A stretch of DNA of 64,000 nt from an uncultured Chloroflexia bacterium (GTDB taxonomy: Bacteria; Chloroflexota; Chloroflexia; Thermomicrobiales; UBA6265). Below are positions 1 to 9,247 of this stretch, one piece after another. Position 1 is the stretch's first letter. Every line of letters starts with the position of its first letter. A program made the translations under genes and the position numbers. The notes beneath the pieces were generated by a model. It saw only the letters and a program-made list of their open reading frames with translations, ran no database searches and was not told the origin of the DNA. The stretch is from contig CAVUJR010000003.1 of NCBI GenBank assembly GCA_963741805.1, forward strand, positions 56,876-120,875, in the 5' to 3' direction.

Positions 1-342
1 GCGGAAATCGTTGCCTCCGCCATCAGCGAGGCGGGACGAGCCCAGCTTATCGGTGAGACGACGTTCGGTGTTGGCACCGTGCTTGTGCCACGCGAGCTGT
101 CCGACGGCTCGTTCGCGGTGCTGGGCGACAGCCAGTTGCTGACGGGATCCGGTCAGCGCATCTTCCAGGTCGGCGTGTCGCCGGATACGGAGGTCGAGCT
201 CGGCACAGACCAGCTCCCCGGTTTCATCATCGCCCTGGACACTGATCAGGACCACCAACTGACGCAGGATGAGCTCGACGCCATCCAGGACGACCAGCTG
301 CAGGCGGCATACGATGCCGTGGTCGGGGCGCCAGTGCCCTAA
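1..342 (+). CDS. S41-family C-terminal processing peptidase, C-terminal fragment (5' end outside window)
   Basis: Frame is open from nt 1 (AEIVASAISEAGRAQLIGETTFGVGTV...), continuous with the listed ORF 79..342. This resembles the C-terminal catalytic region of Ctp/tail-specific proteases. Stop TAA at 340-342. Confidence 0.5.
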   Translation, partial: AEIVASAISEAGRAQLIGETTFGVGTVLVPRELSDGSFAVLGDSQLLTGSGQRIFQVGVSPDTEVELGTDQLPGFIIALDTDQDHQLTQDELDAIQDDQLQAAYDAVVGAPVP

Positions 343-344
343 AC

Positions 345-388
345 AAACGGGCGGAACGGCACAATTGCCGCTCCGCCCGTTTTCGCTT
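345..388 (+). terminator. Rho-independent terminator after the peptidase gene
   Basis: Hairpin AAACGGGCGGAACGGC-acaat-TGCCGCTCCGCCCGTTT followed by TTTCGCTT. Confidence 0.6.
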
Positions 389-570
389 GCCCTAGACACG
401 CAGTGGCACCGGCAATGCGGTAGGGATGACAGGTATACGCCCCGGCGAGCCCCTGCGTACTAGAATGGGCGTGTCAGGACGGGACGAACCCAATGTGATG
501 CCTCCGCGCCTGGCAGTTTTCGGCGCGGTTTGGACAGCCAGCCCCGGGCGGGGCGGATACGAGGGTGTAG

Positions 571-999
571 ATGATCTCAGTCGAGTCTTGGCCGGAGCCG
601 GCCGCCAGGATGTGGTTGCTGATGCAGCGCTTTCAGAAGTTCCTGGTGGTCGGTGCCGTAGGGTTCCTGACCAATCAGGGCTTGCTGTTCATTCTGCACG
701 ACTCGGTAGGCATCTCCGTACCGGCAGCGTCGCCGATTGCCATCATCATCTCGATGATCGTCACCTTCTACCTCAACGAAGTGTGGACGTGGCATGACCG
801 TGGGAGCGGCAAGGTCCTGCACCGGGCCCGGAGTTATGTGCCGATCAATATCGGCGGCCTGGCGATTAACTGGGGCATCCTGACGTACCTCCACGCGAGC
901 TGGGACGTACACTACCTGATTGCGAACCTGATCGGTGCGGCGATCGCGGCGGTTTGGAACTTCACCCTCAACAACGCCATCACCTGGCGGGCGGACTAA
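571..999 (+). CDS. GtrA family membrane protein
   Basis: Small 4-TM protein with the typical GtrA N-terminus (FxKFLVVGxxGFxxN) and C-terminal NFxLNxxxxW motif. An alternative start is at 610. Confidence 0.7.
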   Translation: MISVESWPEPAARMWLLMQRFQKFLVVGAVGFLTNQGLLFILHDSVGISVPAASPIAIIISMIVTFYLNEVWTWHDRGSGKVLHRARSYVPINIGGLAINWGILTYLHASWDVHYLIANLIGAAIAAVWNFTLNNAITWRAD

Positions 1000-1064
1000 C
1001 CCCTCCGGTGAGGTTCGCTTCCCTCGCGCCCTGCGTAGGCGTACGCGAGGGAGTGGTATAAAGT

Positions 1065-2678
1065 GTGTTGCGAATGGGCAGGAGCGCGCGCCGGCGTGCC
1101 GCGTTTCCGCGCGCATGTATGAGCATGCAGGCTTCAATCTCACCTGAGGACAACGGGCTCCTGCGTAGGCCCAAGGGAAGGACACTCGAGAACATGCAGA
1201 ACGGCCATACCCCGAACGGATCGGCGAAGAGCACGGTCGGTTCCACTATCGTGATGGGCGCGGGCCCGGCTGGCCTATGCTCGGCATACGTGCTGAGCAA
1301 GGATGGCGCTCCGGTCACGGTTGTCGAGTCGGCACCCTTCGTCGGTGGACTGGCGCGCACCATCAAGCGGCAGACCGAGTTCGGCGAGTTCAAGTTTGAT
1401 ATCGGCGGACACCGCTGGTTCACCAAGAACGATGAGCTCAATGCCCTCTTCGAGGAGGTTGTGGCCGACGAGCTGCTGTGGGTTAACCGCATCAGCCGCA
1501 TCTACTTCGACGGCAAGTTCATCGATTACCCGCTGAAGTTCCAGAGTGCGCTGACCTCCATCGGACCGGTCACCGCGGCAAAGGCCGTGGTCGATTACGG
1601 CGTCTCGACGCTTCGCCGCACCTTCGGCGAACCGGCGCTGGCGACCATGGAGGACCGCTATAAGGACCAGTATGGCGAGACGCTCTACGGCCTCTTCTTT
1701 AAGAACTACTCCGAGAAGCTGTGGGGCCGCCCGTGTGACCAGCTGAGCGGCGACTGGGTTGCGCAGCGCACCAAGGGCATGTCGCTCATGACCGCTATCA
1801 AGGACGCCGTCATCCCGACCAAGGGCGAGGTGGTGAGCCTGATCGACGAATTCATGTACCCGCGCAATGGGTTCGGCCGCTTCTCCGAGCGAATGGCGGA
1901 TTACGTCCAGAAGGCCGGCAACGAGGTGTTGCTGAAGCACCCGGTTCGCAGGATTGTGCTCGACGGCGACCGCGTGAAGGGCATCGAGGTCCAAACCGAG
2001 AACGGTGTGGAGTTGATGGAGGCGGACAACTTCATCTCATCGATCCCGATGACGGTGCTCTGCAAGATCACGGATCCACCGGCACCGCAGGACGTTCTGG
2101 ACGCCGCGAACTCGCTCGACTTCCGCGACATCATCACCGTCAACATGATGTTCAAGAAGCGGCAGGTCACCAACGACACGTGGCTCTACGTTCATGACAA
2201 GAACATCCTCTTCGGCCGCTTCCACGAGCCGAAGAACTGGAGCCCGGCGATGGTGCCGGGCGACGAGTTCACGTCCTTGGTGGTCGAGTACTTCTGCACG
2301 AAGGGCGACCACATCTGGAACATGACCGACGAGCAGCTCGTCAACCAGACGGTGAAGCACCTCGTCGAGGACCTGCACTTCGTCAAGCCGGAAGAGGTCA
2401 TCGGGGGCTTCACGCTCCGCGCCACGAAGGCCTACCCGGTCTACGGCATGGGGTATGAAGAGCCGCTGACGAAGATGAAGAACTACATCAACTCGATCGA
2501 GAACCTCCAGTTTATCGGTCGCGGTGGATCGTTCCGCTATAACAATACGGATCACTCCATCGAGACCGGCCTGCTCGCGGCGAAGAATATCCTCGGCGGT
2601 CACTTTGACCTCGACGCGGTCAACGCCGACGAGGAGTACCACGAGATCAAGCGGGCTGCGATGGCCCAAAAGGCCTGA
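1065..2678 (+). CDS. FAD/NAD(P)-binding oxidoreductase (amine-oxidase / UDP-galactopyranose-mutase-like fold)
   Basis: Rossmann dinucleotide motif VMGAGPAGLCSAYVL...VVES...GG. ORF of ~500 aa. The true start is probably internal (e.g. ATG 1194). Confidence 0.65.
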   Translation: MLRMGRSARRRAAFPRACMSMQASISPEDNGLLRRPKGRTLENMQNGHTPNGSAKSTVGSTIVMGAGPAGLCSAYVLSKDGAPVTVVESAPFVGGLARTIKRQTEFGEFKFDIGGHRWFTKNDELNALFEEVVADELLWVNRISRIYFDGKFIDYPLKFQSALTSIGPVTAAKAVVDYGVSTLRRTFGEPALATMEDRYKDQYGETLYGLFFKNYSEKLWGRPCDQLSGDWVAQRTKGMSLMTAIKDAVIPTKGEVVSLIDEFMYPRNGFGRFSERMADYVQKAGNEVLLKHPVRRIVLDGDRVKGIEVQTENGVELMEADNFISSIPMTVLCKITDPPAPQDVLDAANSLDFRDIITVNMMFKKRQVTNDTWLYVHDKNILFGRFHEPKNWSPAMVPGDEFTSLVVEYFCTKGDHIWNMTDEQLVNQTVKHLVEDLHFVKPEEVIGGFTLRATKAYPVYGMGYEEPLTKMKNYINSIENLQFIGRGGSFRYNNTDHSIETGLLAAKNILGGHFDLDAVNADEEYHEIKRAAMAQKA

Positions 2679-2767
2679 TCGGCGCACGTTGTGTGACGCA
2701 ACGCCTGTTGGGCCCGTGAGGGTCGGCAGGCGTTCGTCGTTTTCGCACACGGGAGCAGGAGACGCGC

Positions 2768-3136
2768 ATGACAGAGCAGGTCGATCGGCCCGACGCCGAG
2801 GAGACCCAGGAGCAGGGCCCCTCCCGAATCCCGCTGGTGGTCTTTGGCGTGACCGCACTGGCGTTCCTCGTTTATCTCGCGTTCGGGACCATTGAGGCTC
2901 GCATCTGGCGCTATGGGCGACTCTACTTCGAGGACCGCACGATCCGACACGTTTGGGCATATTTCGGCGATCGCCTACCGGAGATGCCCGGCCAGCCGGT
3001 GATCCAGGCGCTGTACTGGATCTCGCTGGCGGTGATCGTTATCGGCACGGTTGCCGGCCTCTGGCTTTTCCTCGTCCCGGATGAGGATGACGCCGTCGAT
3101 AACGCTGCTCATTCCGGCGCGGAGCATCATGCCTGA
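2768..3136 (+). CDS. Small membrane protein, unknown function
   Basis: Two predicted TM helices. Its stop overlaps the next gene's ATG (ATGCCTGA), suggesting translational coupling. Confidence 0.45.
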   Translation: MTEQVDRPDAEETQEQGPSRIPLVVFGVTALAFLVYLAFGTIEARIWRYGRLYFEDRTIRHVWAYFGDRLPEMPGQPVIQALYWISLAVIVIGTVAGLWLFLVPDEDDAVDNAAHSGAEHHA

Positions 3137-5240
3137 GCCGGGCGTTCGCGAGACGTTCCGCCCCGGCCGCCACACGTGGTGGGCGTGGGGCGTTGTCCTG
3201 ATCCTGCTCGACTTCTGGGTCGCGGCGAGGATGGGTCTGTTCTCGCTCACGTCAACTGTGACGATTGACGGGCGGTCGGTCGACGTCCTGAACATGTATG
3301 GCACGGTGGATCACCCGTTTCACGCATCACGGGCGGCCATGCTCCTGCGGTCGCTCCAGGATGGAGAGCTCCTGCGTTGGGTCGGCCAGCATCAGGGTGG
3401 CTATCCTGCCGAGTTCTACCCTCTCGGGATCGCGTGGCTGGATGTCGGGATCTGGGCGTCGTCGTTCGGCGCGGTGTCGATTCTCGCCGCGCACAAGGTC
3501 GCGGTGATCCTCGTTTTTTTGCTCCCCTCGCTCTCGTATTGGCTGCTCGCGCGCGGCGACCGGATTCACCCCTCCGTAGCGGTTCTCGCAATGGCGGTCC
3601 ATGTCGCCATCCCGGGGCATTGGCTGAACGGTGGGTATGAAGAGCTGGTTGGCTGGGGGCTGGTGACAAACGTTGCTGGAGGCTCGCTCGCGCTGCTCGC
3701 AAGCGCGGCGTTGGCGAGGTTTGTGCTCCGGCGCGAGTTTGGCATGGGCATTCTCGCCACCTTGGCGGCAGCTGGTGGCGCGGTGACGAATCCACGCTCT
3801 CTGTTTGCCCTCGTCATGGCCGCGCTCGCGCTGGTCGTCGTGGCGTTGTTCCAGCGGGATGGTGCCAACGCACGTGTGGTCGCGCGGAACGCGCTCGCGC
3901 GCATCGGGGCGGTTGGCGGCATCGCCCTCCTGCTCGCCGCGCCGGTCGTCCTCGCCCTGTTCCGATACAACAGCCTCTACTTCTTCCTGCACTACGAGTT
4001 CTACGACCCGATCTCGGAGTACTGGGACGCGTCAGCGATGGCCGTTACCACGGCCGTGCTCCTGCTCGCCATCGCCGCCGTGGTGCTGCTTGCCATTCCT
4101 CGTCTCGGCGGGGCATTGCGAGTCTCCCAGGGCGTGGCGCTGGCCGGAATCCTCTATGTCGGCCTGACCCTCTGGGTGGCGCTTTCCCCGGTCGTGCCGC
4201 CGCTGGTCGAGCAGCTTGAGGCGCCGCGGCTGATGCCCTTCCAGCGGCAGGTGATGATCTGGCTCGGCGCGGTTGCGGTCTGGATCGTCCTGCGTTGGAT
4301 TCTCGGCTGGGTTGGCTCGGCTCCGGTGCGTGGCGTGCTTGCGGCGGGCATCCCTGCCGCACTCGCACTGTTCATCCTGGTCGCGCACGTCAGGCCACTG
4401 AGCTTCGTCCCTGCAGAGCAGGTTGCCCTGCGCGACGTGAGCCTGACCGGCAACGCGGACTATGCGGACTTCGAGTCAGCGATCCGGTTGGGGGAGACAA
4501 CGCGGCCGGACGGTACGGCGATGTTCGTCATTGGTAACCGCGACGACTGGTGGCATCAGCAAATCTGGGCGCCGGCATACAGCGACGCGCGGTTCTACTA
4601 CGACGATTGGATGTGGTACTGGCACGAACGCCATGCCGGTCCGTACAACCCCGAGAACGGTTATTGGTTCCCCAACCCGACCGACGCGCTGGAGGGGACT
4701 TATCTGGACGACAACGGCATCGGCGTCGTCGTCGTCAGTGATATGTACGTGCCCTCAGGCGTACCGCCCCGGGAATCCGCCCGAACGAACCCGCGCCTTG
4801 AGCCGGTCGGCAGTGTCGGCGCGTGGGACGTCTATACGGTCCGGAACCCGTCGTCGATCATCATCGACGGCGACCAACGTCCGGAGAGCGTTACGGTCGG
4901 GAACCAGGATATTCGCGCGACGTTCACCGACGGTGACGGGACTATCGTACTGCGCCAGAACTGGTTCCCGCGTTGGGAAGCGACGGTCAACGGCGAGACG
5001 GTCGAAGTCCAGCGACGAGATGACGGGTACATGCAGATCGACGCACCGGCTGGTCCCGTCGATGTGCAGTTCACCTATGGGGTGACCGCCCTTGACTGGG
5101 CCGGACGCGGGGCGGTTGTCATCGGTATAGTGTTGCTGGGCATCGCGACCTGGCGTGGCCCGGAATTGCTTCGACGGCTCGACGAGAGCGCTCCAGGTAC
5201 GACTGAACGCTCATCTTCGCTTCCGGAAGGATCCGCATAG
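3129..5240 (+). CDS. Large polytopic membrane protein, YfhO-like / GT-C-fold glycosyltransferase candidate
   Basis: More than 10 hydrophobic helices followed by a soluble C-terminal domain ending in a WFPRWEATVNGE...VQFTY pattern and a final TM, as in YfhO-type proteins. Start chosen at ATG 3129, in frame with listed ORF 3051..5240. Confidence 0.55.
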   Translation: MPEPGVRETFRPGRHTWWAWGVVLILLDFWVAARMGLFSLTSTVTIDGRSVDVLNMYGTVDHPFHASRAAMLLRSLQDGELLRWVGQHQGGYPAEFYPLGIAWLDVGIWASSFGAVSILAAHKVAVILVFLLPSLSYWLLARGDRIHPSVAVLAMAVHVAIPGHWLNGGYEELVGWGLVTNVAGGSLALLASAALARFVLRREFGMGILATLAAAGGAVTNPRSLFALVMAALALVVVALFQRDGANARVVARNALARIGAVGGIALLLAAPVVLALFRYNSLYFFLHYEFYDPISEYWDASAMAVTTAVLLLAIAAVVLLAIPRLGGALRVSQGVALAGILYVGLTLWVALSPVVPPLVEQLEAPRLMPFQRQVMIWLGAVAVWIVLRWILGWVGSAPVRGVLAAGIPAALALFILVAHVRPLSFVPAEQVALRDVSLTGNADYADFESAIRLGETTRPDGTAMFVIGNRDDWWHQQIWAPAYSDARFYYDDWMWYWHERHAGPYNPENGYWFPNPTDALEGTYLDDNGIGVVVVSDMYVPSGVPPRESARTNPRLEPVGSVGAWDVYTVRNPSSIIIDGDQRPESVTVGNQDIRATFTDGDGTIVLRQNWFPRWEATVNGETVEVQRRDDGYMQIDAPAGPVDVQFTYGVTALDWAGRGAVVIGIVLLGIATWRGPELLRRLDESAPGTTERSSSLPEGSA

Positions 5241-5244
5241 TCTC

Positions 5245-6456
5245 ATGGTCCAACCCTCGCGTCATGACGATCTGGCGCTGACCGCGCCGGTATTCCCCGG
5301 TGGTTCAATCCTTTCGGCTATCTTCGACCGCGACCTGATGCGGCTATCCGACAGGGGAGGGGCGAGCGGGGCGATCGGCGACCGTTGGTCTGATATCTGC
5401 TCGGCCGAGCTCAGTTCCTGGCCAGATACCCGTCTTGTGACGCCTGACGGCCAGCACCTCGAAGTGGAACGCATCGTTCGGCTGGACGATATCCCGTCCG
5501 TGGCGAGGATCGCCTCTCGCCGCAAGCTCCAGAACCCGGATTACATCGTTGCGGGGCGCTCAGATGAGGGAACGCTGATGCTCTCCGCCGATGCGAAGTT
5601 TTCCGTGGAGACGGCCGGTGCCTCGCAGGTCAGCGCCGATGCACTTCGGTCGCTGGTGGACGTGGGGCCGATTCTCACCGAGCACATGGGCGGGCTCGAT
5701 CCGGATGCCGCGATCGTGGATGGCATCTTCCTCAGCCCGGATTACAGCCTGACGCACTACATGATGCGACGGAAGCGGGGATACCGGTCCGTCTCCGTGG
5801 ATCACGAGCAGATCCATCTGCTTCCGGTGCGGTCCGTGCCCTTCCTGAAGCCACTGGAAGGCGCCCGGCTGATTCCGGTCTACGCCGACGTTGACGGTTT
5901 CGACGGCGAGAGCCGATCCAGCCTCCTCGTGGGTTTGTATTACTTCCGGCTGGTGCGGGCTTCGTTCGGCTGCTGGAACGACATGATCGCCCCGCTGCTG
6001 GCGCCGAAGCAGGGACCAGAAGTCGACCTCGCCGAGATCGAGGACCGGACCCGCGCCTACGCGCGAGACGCGCGATCGGGCTGGGAGATCGTGGAGCGGT
6101 GGGATGCTGCCGCGGAGACGGTGCGTACCCAACGCGAACTCGTCAATCGCATCACCTCGGTCCCGATCGTCAACCGGGAGCTTCGAGATGAACTGGCGGC
6201 CGCGGTCAAGGACGTGGGAGTCGAAGCCCCGTCCATGAACAAGGTGCGGCGGCGGATCGGTTCCTGGTTTCGCGACCAGATCGTCGCGCAGATCGGCGTG
6301 CTACAACCACCGGTGACGGACTTTCCCGCTGTCGTGCACCAGCTGGAGTTGCTTGCGGAGGAGGTCCGCCAGGAATTGCCCGCTGCGACGACTCGAATCA
6401 TTCACGAGATACTGGATGAGGCGAGGCAAGACGCGAGCGAGTCGGTCGAGCCGTAA
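5245..6456 (+). CDS. Hypothetical protein with PD-(D/E)xK-like motif
   Basis: ATG 5245 lies 5 nt after the upstream stop. Motif NPDYIVAG-x11-SADAKF at aa 97-119. The rest is helical with no family I recognise. Confidence 0.5.
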   Translation: MVQPSRHDDLALTAPVFPGGSILSAIFDRDLMRLSDRGGASGAIGDRWSDICSAELSSWPDTRLVTPDGQHLEVERIVRLDDIPSVARIASRRKLQNPDYIVAGRSDEGTLMLSADAKFSVETAGASQVSADALRSLVDVGPILTEHMGGLDPDAAIVDGIFLSPDYSLTHYMMRRKRGYRSVSVDHEQIHLLPVRSVPFLKPLEGARLIPVYADVDGFDGESRSSLLVGLYYFRLVRASFGCWNDMIAPLLAPKQGPEVDLAEIEDRTRAYARDARSGWEIVERWDAAAETVRTQRELVNRITSVPIVNRELRDELAAAVKDVGVEAPSMNKVRRRIGSWFRDQIVAQIGVLQPPVTDFPAVVHQLELLAEEVRQELPAATTRIIHEILDEARQDASESVEP

Positions 6457-6593
6457 CCCCTCGCGACAGTTTCCGGAACCGGCGATATACTCAACGCACG
6501 AGATCGATCAAGCACCCCGCGCGAGCGCGCGGACGGGTCAGGCTCACGCGCGCCAGCGATATCGGGCGGCGATGGGCGACGAGGGAGGATTCG

Positions 6594-7127
6594 ATGAGTT
6601 CTGAAGAAGGACAGGCGGCTCGACGTGTCTCGATGACCGTCAATGGCCAGCAGCGGTCGGCCGTTGTCGAACCGCGAACGCTGCTCGTGCACTTCCTGCG
6701 GGACGAGCTCGGTCTGACCGGCACGCACGTTGGATGTGACACGAGCCAATGCGGCGCGTGTGTGGTTGACGTGGATGGCGTTTCGACGAAGTCGTGCACG
6801 ATGTTTGCCGTCCAGGCCGATGGCGCGTCGGTCACGACGATCGAAGGTATCTCGGAGCGGGGCGCGTACCATCCGGTGCAGGAGGGCTTCTGGGAGAAGC
6901 ACGGCCTTCAATGCGGATACTGCACGCCGGGCATGATCATGTCGACGATTGAGTTGTTGCGCGAGAACCCGAACCCGACCGAGGACGAGATTCGTCATGG
7001 GCTCGAGGGGAACATCTGCCGCTGCACCGGGTACCAGAATATCGTCCGTGCCGTGCAGCACGCGGCGTCGATCATGAACGAGTCGGGCGCGCGCGCGGAC
7101 GCTGACGCGTCGCCAGTCGCGGACTAG
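6594..7127 (+). CDS. (2Fe-2S)-binding small subunit of a molybdo-hydroxylase (CoxS / xanthine dehydrogenase family)
   Basis: Motifs [12 protein letters not shown] and [13 protein letters not shown]...CRCTGY. GAGGGAGGA ribosome-binding site upstream of the ATG. Confidence 0.85.
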   Translation: MSSEEGQAARRVSMTVNGQQRSAVVEPRTLLVHFLRDELGLTGTHVGCDTSQCGACVVDVDGVSTKSCTMFAVQADGASVTTIEGISERGAYHPVQEGFWEKHGLQCGYCTPGMIMSTIELLRENPNPTEDEIRHGLEGNICRCTGYQNIVRAVQHAASIMNESGARADADASPVAD

Positions 7128-7137
7128 GGGGTCAGGG

Positions 7138-7986
7138 ATGTTCGCTTCATCGTTTGCATATCATCGCGCAGAGTCCGTGGCCGATGCCGCCGCGCGGCTG
7201 GATTCCAACCCTGACGCCAAGATCCTCTCCGGGGGTCACTCGCTGATCCCGGCAATGAAGTTGCGCCTGGCGATGCCGGGCGAGCTGGTCGACATCAGCA
7301 AGCTGGACGAGCTCAAATCCATCACGATCGGTGACGAGGTCCATATCGGCGCCGGCGTGACATACCGCGATGTCGCGGCGCATGCCGAGATCTCGCAGAT
7401 GTTCCCGATCTTCCGCGCCGCGATCAGCAAGATCGGCGACCTCCAGGTGCGGGCCCGTGGCACGTTTGGCGGTGCCGTCGCCCACGCGGACCCGGCGGCG
7501 GACCTGACGGCCGTGTTCGTGGCGCTGAACGGGCGCGCGAAGCTTGTGTCGTCCTCTGGTGAGCGCGAGGTGCCGGCCGACGAGTTCTTCCTCGACCTTT
7601 GGACCACGGCCATGGAGCCGAACGAGATCCTCACCGAGATCATCCTCCCACGGCCCGCCGAAGGCTCCCGGATGACCTACGTCAAGCATTCGCATCCGGC
7701 AAGCGGCTATGCCGTCGTGGGCATCGCCGCCGTGGCGAGTATCGATGGCGGTTCCGTGCAGGATGCGCGGGTGGTCGTGACCGGAGCGACGTCTCGCCCA
7801 GAGCATCTGACGGCGCTCGAGGACGCCCTGCGCGGGTCGCCACTGGACGCTGGGACCATCGCGTCGGCTGCGTCGCATGCGGCCGACGGTGTCGAGATTA
7901 ATGGCGATACATACGCCGATGAGGAGTATCGCGCCCAGCTCATGCGCGTCCTCGCCAGGCAGGCGTTGGAGCAACTGGCCGGGTAG
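7138..7986 (+). CDS. FAD-binding medium subunit of a molybdo-hydroxylase (CoxM-like)
   Basis: N-terminus F.Y.RA.SV.EA..L......K.L.GGHSLIP.MKLRL is typical of CO dehydrogenase/xanthine dehydrogenase FAD subunits. Confidence 0.8.
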   Translation: MFASSFAYHRAESVADAAARLDSNPDAKILSGGHSLIPAMKLRLAMPGELVDISKLDELKSITIGDEVHIGAGVTYRDVAAHAEISQMFPIFRAAISKIGDLQVRARGTFGGAVAHADPAADLTAVFVALNGRAKLVSSSGEREVPADEFFLDLWTTAMEPNEILTEIILPRPAEGSRMTYVKHSHPASGYAVVGIAAVASIDGGSVQDARVVVTGATSRPEHLTALEDALRGSPLDAGTIASAASHAADGVEINGDTYADEEYRAQLMRVLARQALEQLAG

Positions 7987-8008
7987 ACCCGGAATCTACG
8001 TCGAGATT

Positions 8009-8070
8009 AACGAACAGAGCGCCGGTGTGGAACTCCACACCGGCGCTCTGTTCGTTTCGGTTCGTTTTTC
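8009..8070. terminator. Bidirectional hairpin terminator between convergent genes
   Basis: Perfect 22-bp stem AACGAACAGAGCGCCGGTGTGG/CCACACCGGCGCTCTGTTCGTT followed by a T-rich tail. Confidence 0.7.
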
Positions 8071-9136
8071 AGTTCCAGAGATACTTGAAGAGGGCGACCC
8101 AGGCGATAAAGTGAACGAGGAGCCCCGCCGCAAGGAGGAACCGCGCGGCGAATCCGTCGATCCGCGAGATAAACCAGGCGGCCGCGAGGTTCATCAGCGC
8201 GATCATCCCTGCCATCAGGGGAATCTGCCATATCGCGTCCCGGGTCCGGAGGTTCTCCGGATCCCCGGAGGCGCTCACATGCGTCGCGATCGTGTCGCCA
8301 AGTACATGCAGCCGATCGGAGACGAGGAACGACATGAGCGCGACGCTGACGATGGCCATGCCGATCATCACGAGGGATGGCATATCCGCCAGGAGCGGCG
8401 AGTCGGTCACAGACTTGGGCAGTGTGAGACTGGGCAGGTTTGGCTTCGACATCGCGGGCCGCTGCCGCGCCGGGCGACGAGTTGGTCGTGCCGAGCGAGG
8501 CGGTCGTCGGTCGATCTGGTCGTCCTCGTATCCGAGGTAAGGATCGTCGTTGTAGAGCTCCTCGTCCTCATAGACGTCGATCGGCTCGGGCTCGTAGCGC
8601 CGCGTCGGACGCTGCTGCTGGCTCGCGCGGGACGTTGAGGGGCGAGCGGGACGGCGCTGGGGGGCAGGGACCGGCTCCTCCCAGGCGGCGTCATCGTCTT
8701 CGTATGCATCGTAGCCGGTGCTTGGAGCTTCTTCGTACGGGTCTTCGTCCGGATATACATCGTCGTAGCCGGACTCTACATCGTCCTCGTATGCATCACG
8801 TGAGGCTCGCTGCGGGGTGGCCCGGTACGACTGGCGGGATGGCTCCGGAGCCTCGTTCGCGTCGCGACCGCGGCCCACGGCGTTGCGTAGCCGCGACAGC
8901 TGGTCCGCGGTGGATCCGCCGGATGCCTGGCGAGGTGCTTGGCTTTCGGATTGCTCGGAACGCGACGGGCGCCCGGACAGGTAGCGATCGATCTCTGCCG
9001 GATCGACATCCCACGTCTGGTTGCGCCGTCCCGGATTCTCCGGGCGGCGGGGCTGCTGCGATGTACGGGGTGTGCGTCGTGACCGGTTCGCTCCGTCTTG
9101 CGAAGACACGATGGCCGGCTCCTCTCCTCGAATCAA
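8069..9136 (-). CDS. Membrane protein with long disordered Tyr/Asp/Glu/Arg-rich N-terminal region
   Basis: ORF of 355 aa. The N-terminal ~230 aa are low complexity (YEDD/YDDV repeats); the C-terminal ~120 aa contain about 4 TM helices. Confidence 0.5.
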   Translation of the reverse strand: MIRGEEPAIVSSQDGANRSRRTPRTSQQPRRPENPGRRNQTWDVDPAEIDRYLSGRPSRSEQSESQAPRQASGGSTADQLSRLRNAVGRGRDANEAPEPSRQSYRATPQRASRDAYEDDVESGYDDVYPDEDPYEEAPSTGYDAYEDDDAAWEEPVPAPQRRPARPSTSRASQQQRPTRRYEPEPIDVYEDEELYNDDPYLGYEDDQIDRRPPRSARPTRRPARQRPAMSKPNLPSLTLPKSVTDSPLLADMPSLVMIGMAIVSVALMSFLVSDRLHVLGDTIATHVSASGDPENLRTRDAIWQIPLMAGMIALMNLAAAWFISRIDGFAARFLLAAGLLVHFIAWVALFKYLWN

Positions 9137-9189
9137 GGCCCAGTATTTCGTTGCTGCCGAGGCCCAACTGTTGCACCGATTGTAGCGTG

Positions 9190-9228
9190 AAACGGGGACC
9201 GGATGTCACTCGGCATCCGGTCCCCGTT
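9190..9228 (-). terminator. Hairpin terminator downstream of the PPIase gene
   Basis: AACGGGGACCGGATG...CATCCGGTCCCCGTT stem. Confidence 0.5.
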
Positions 9229-9247
9229 GATCACGTCTTGCTATCGG

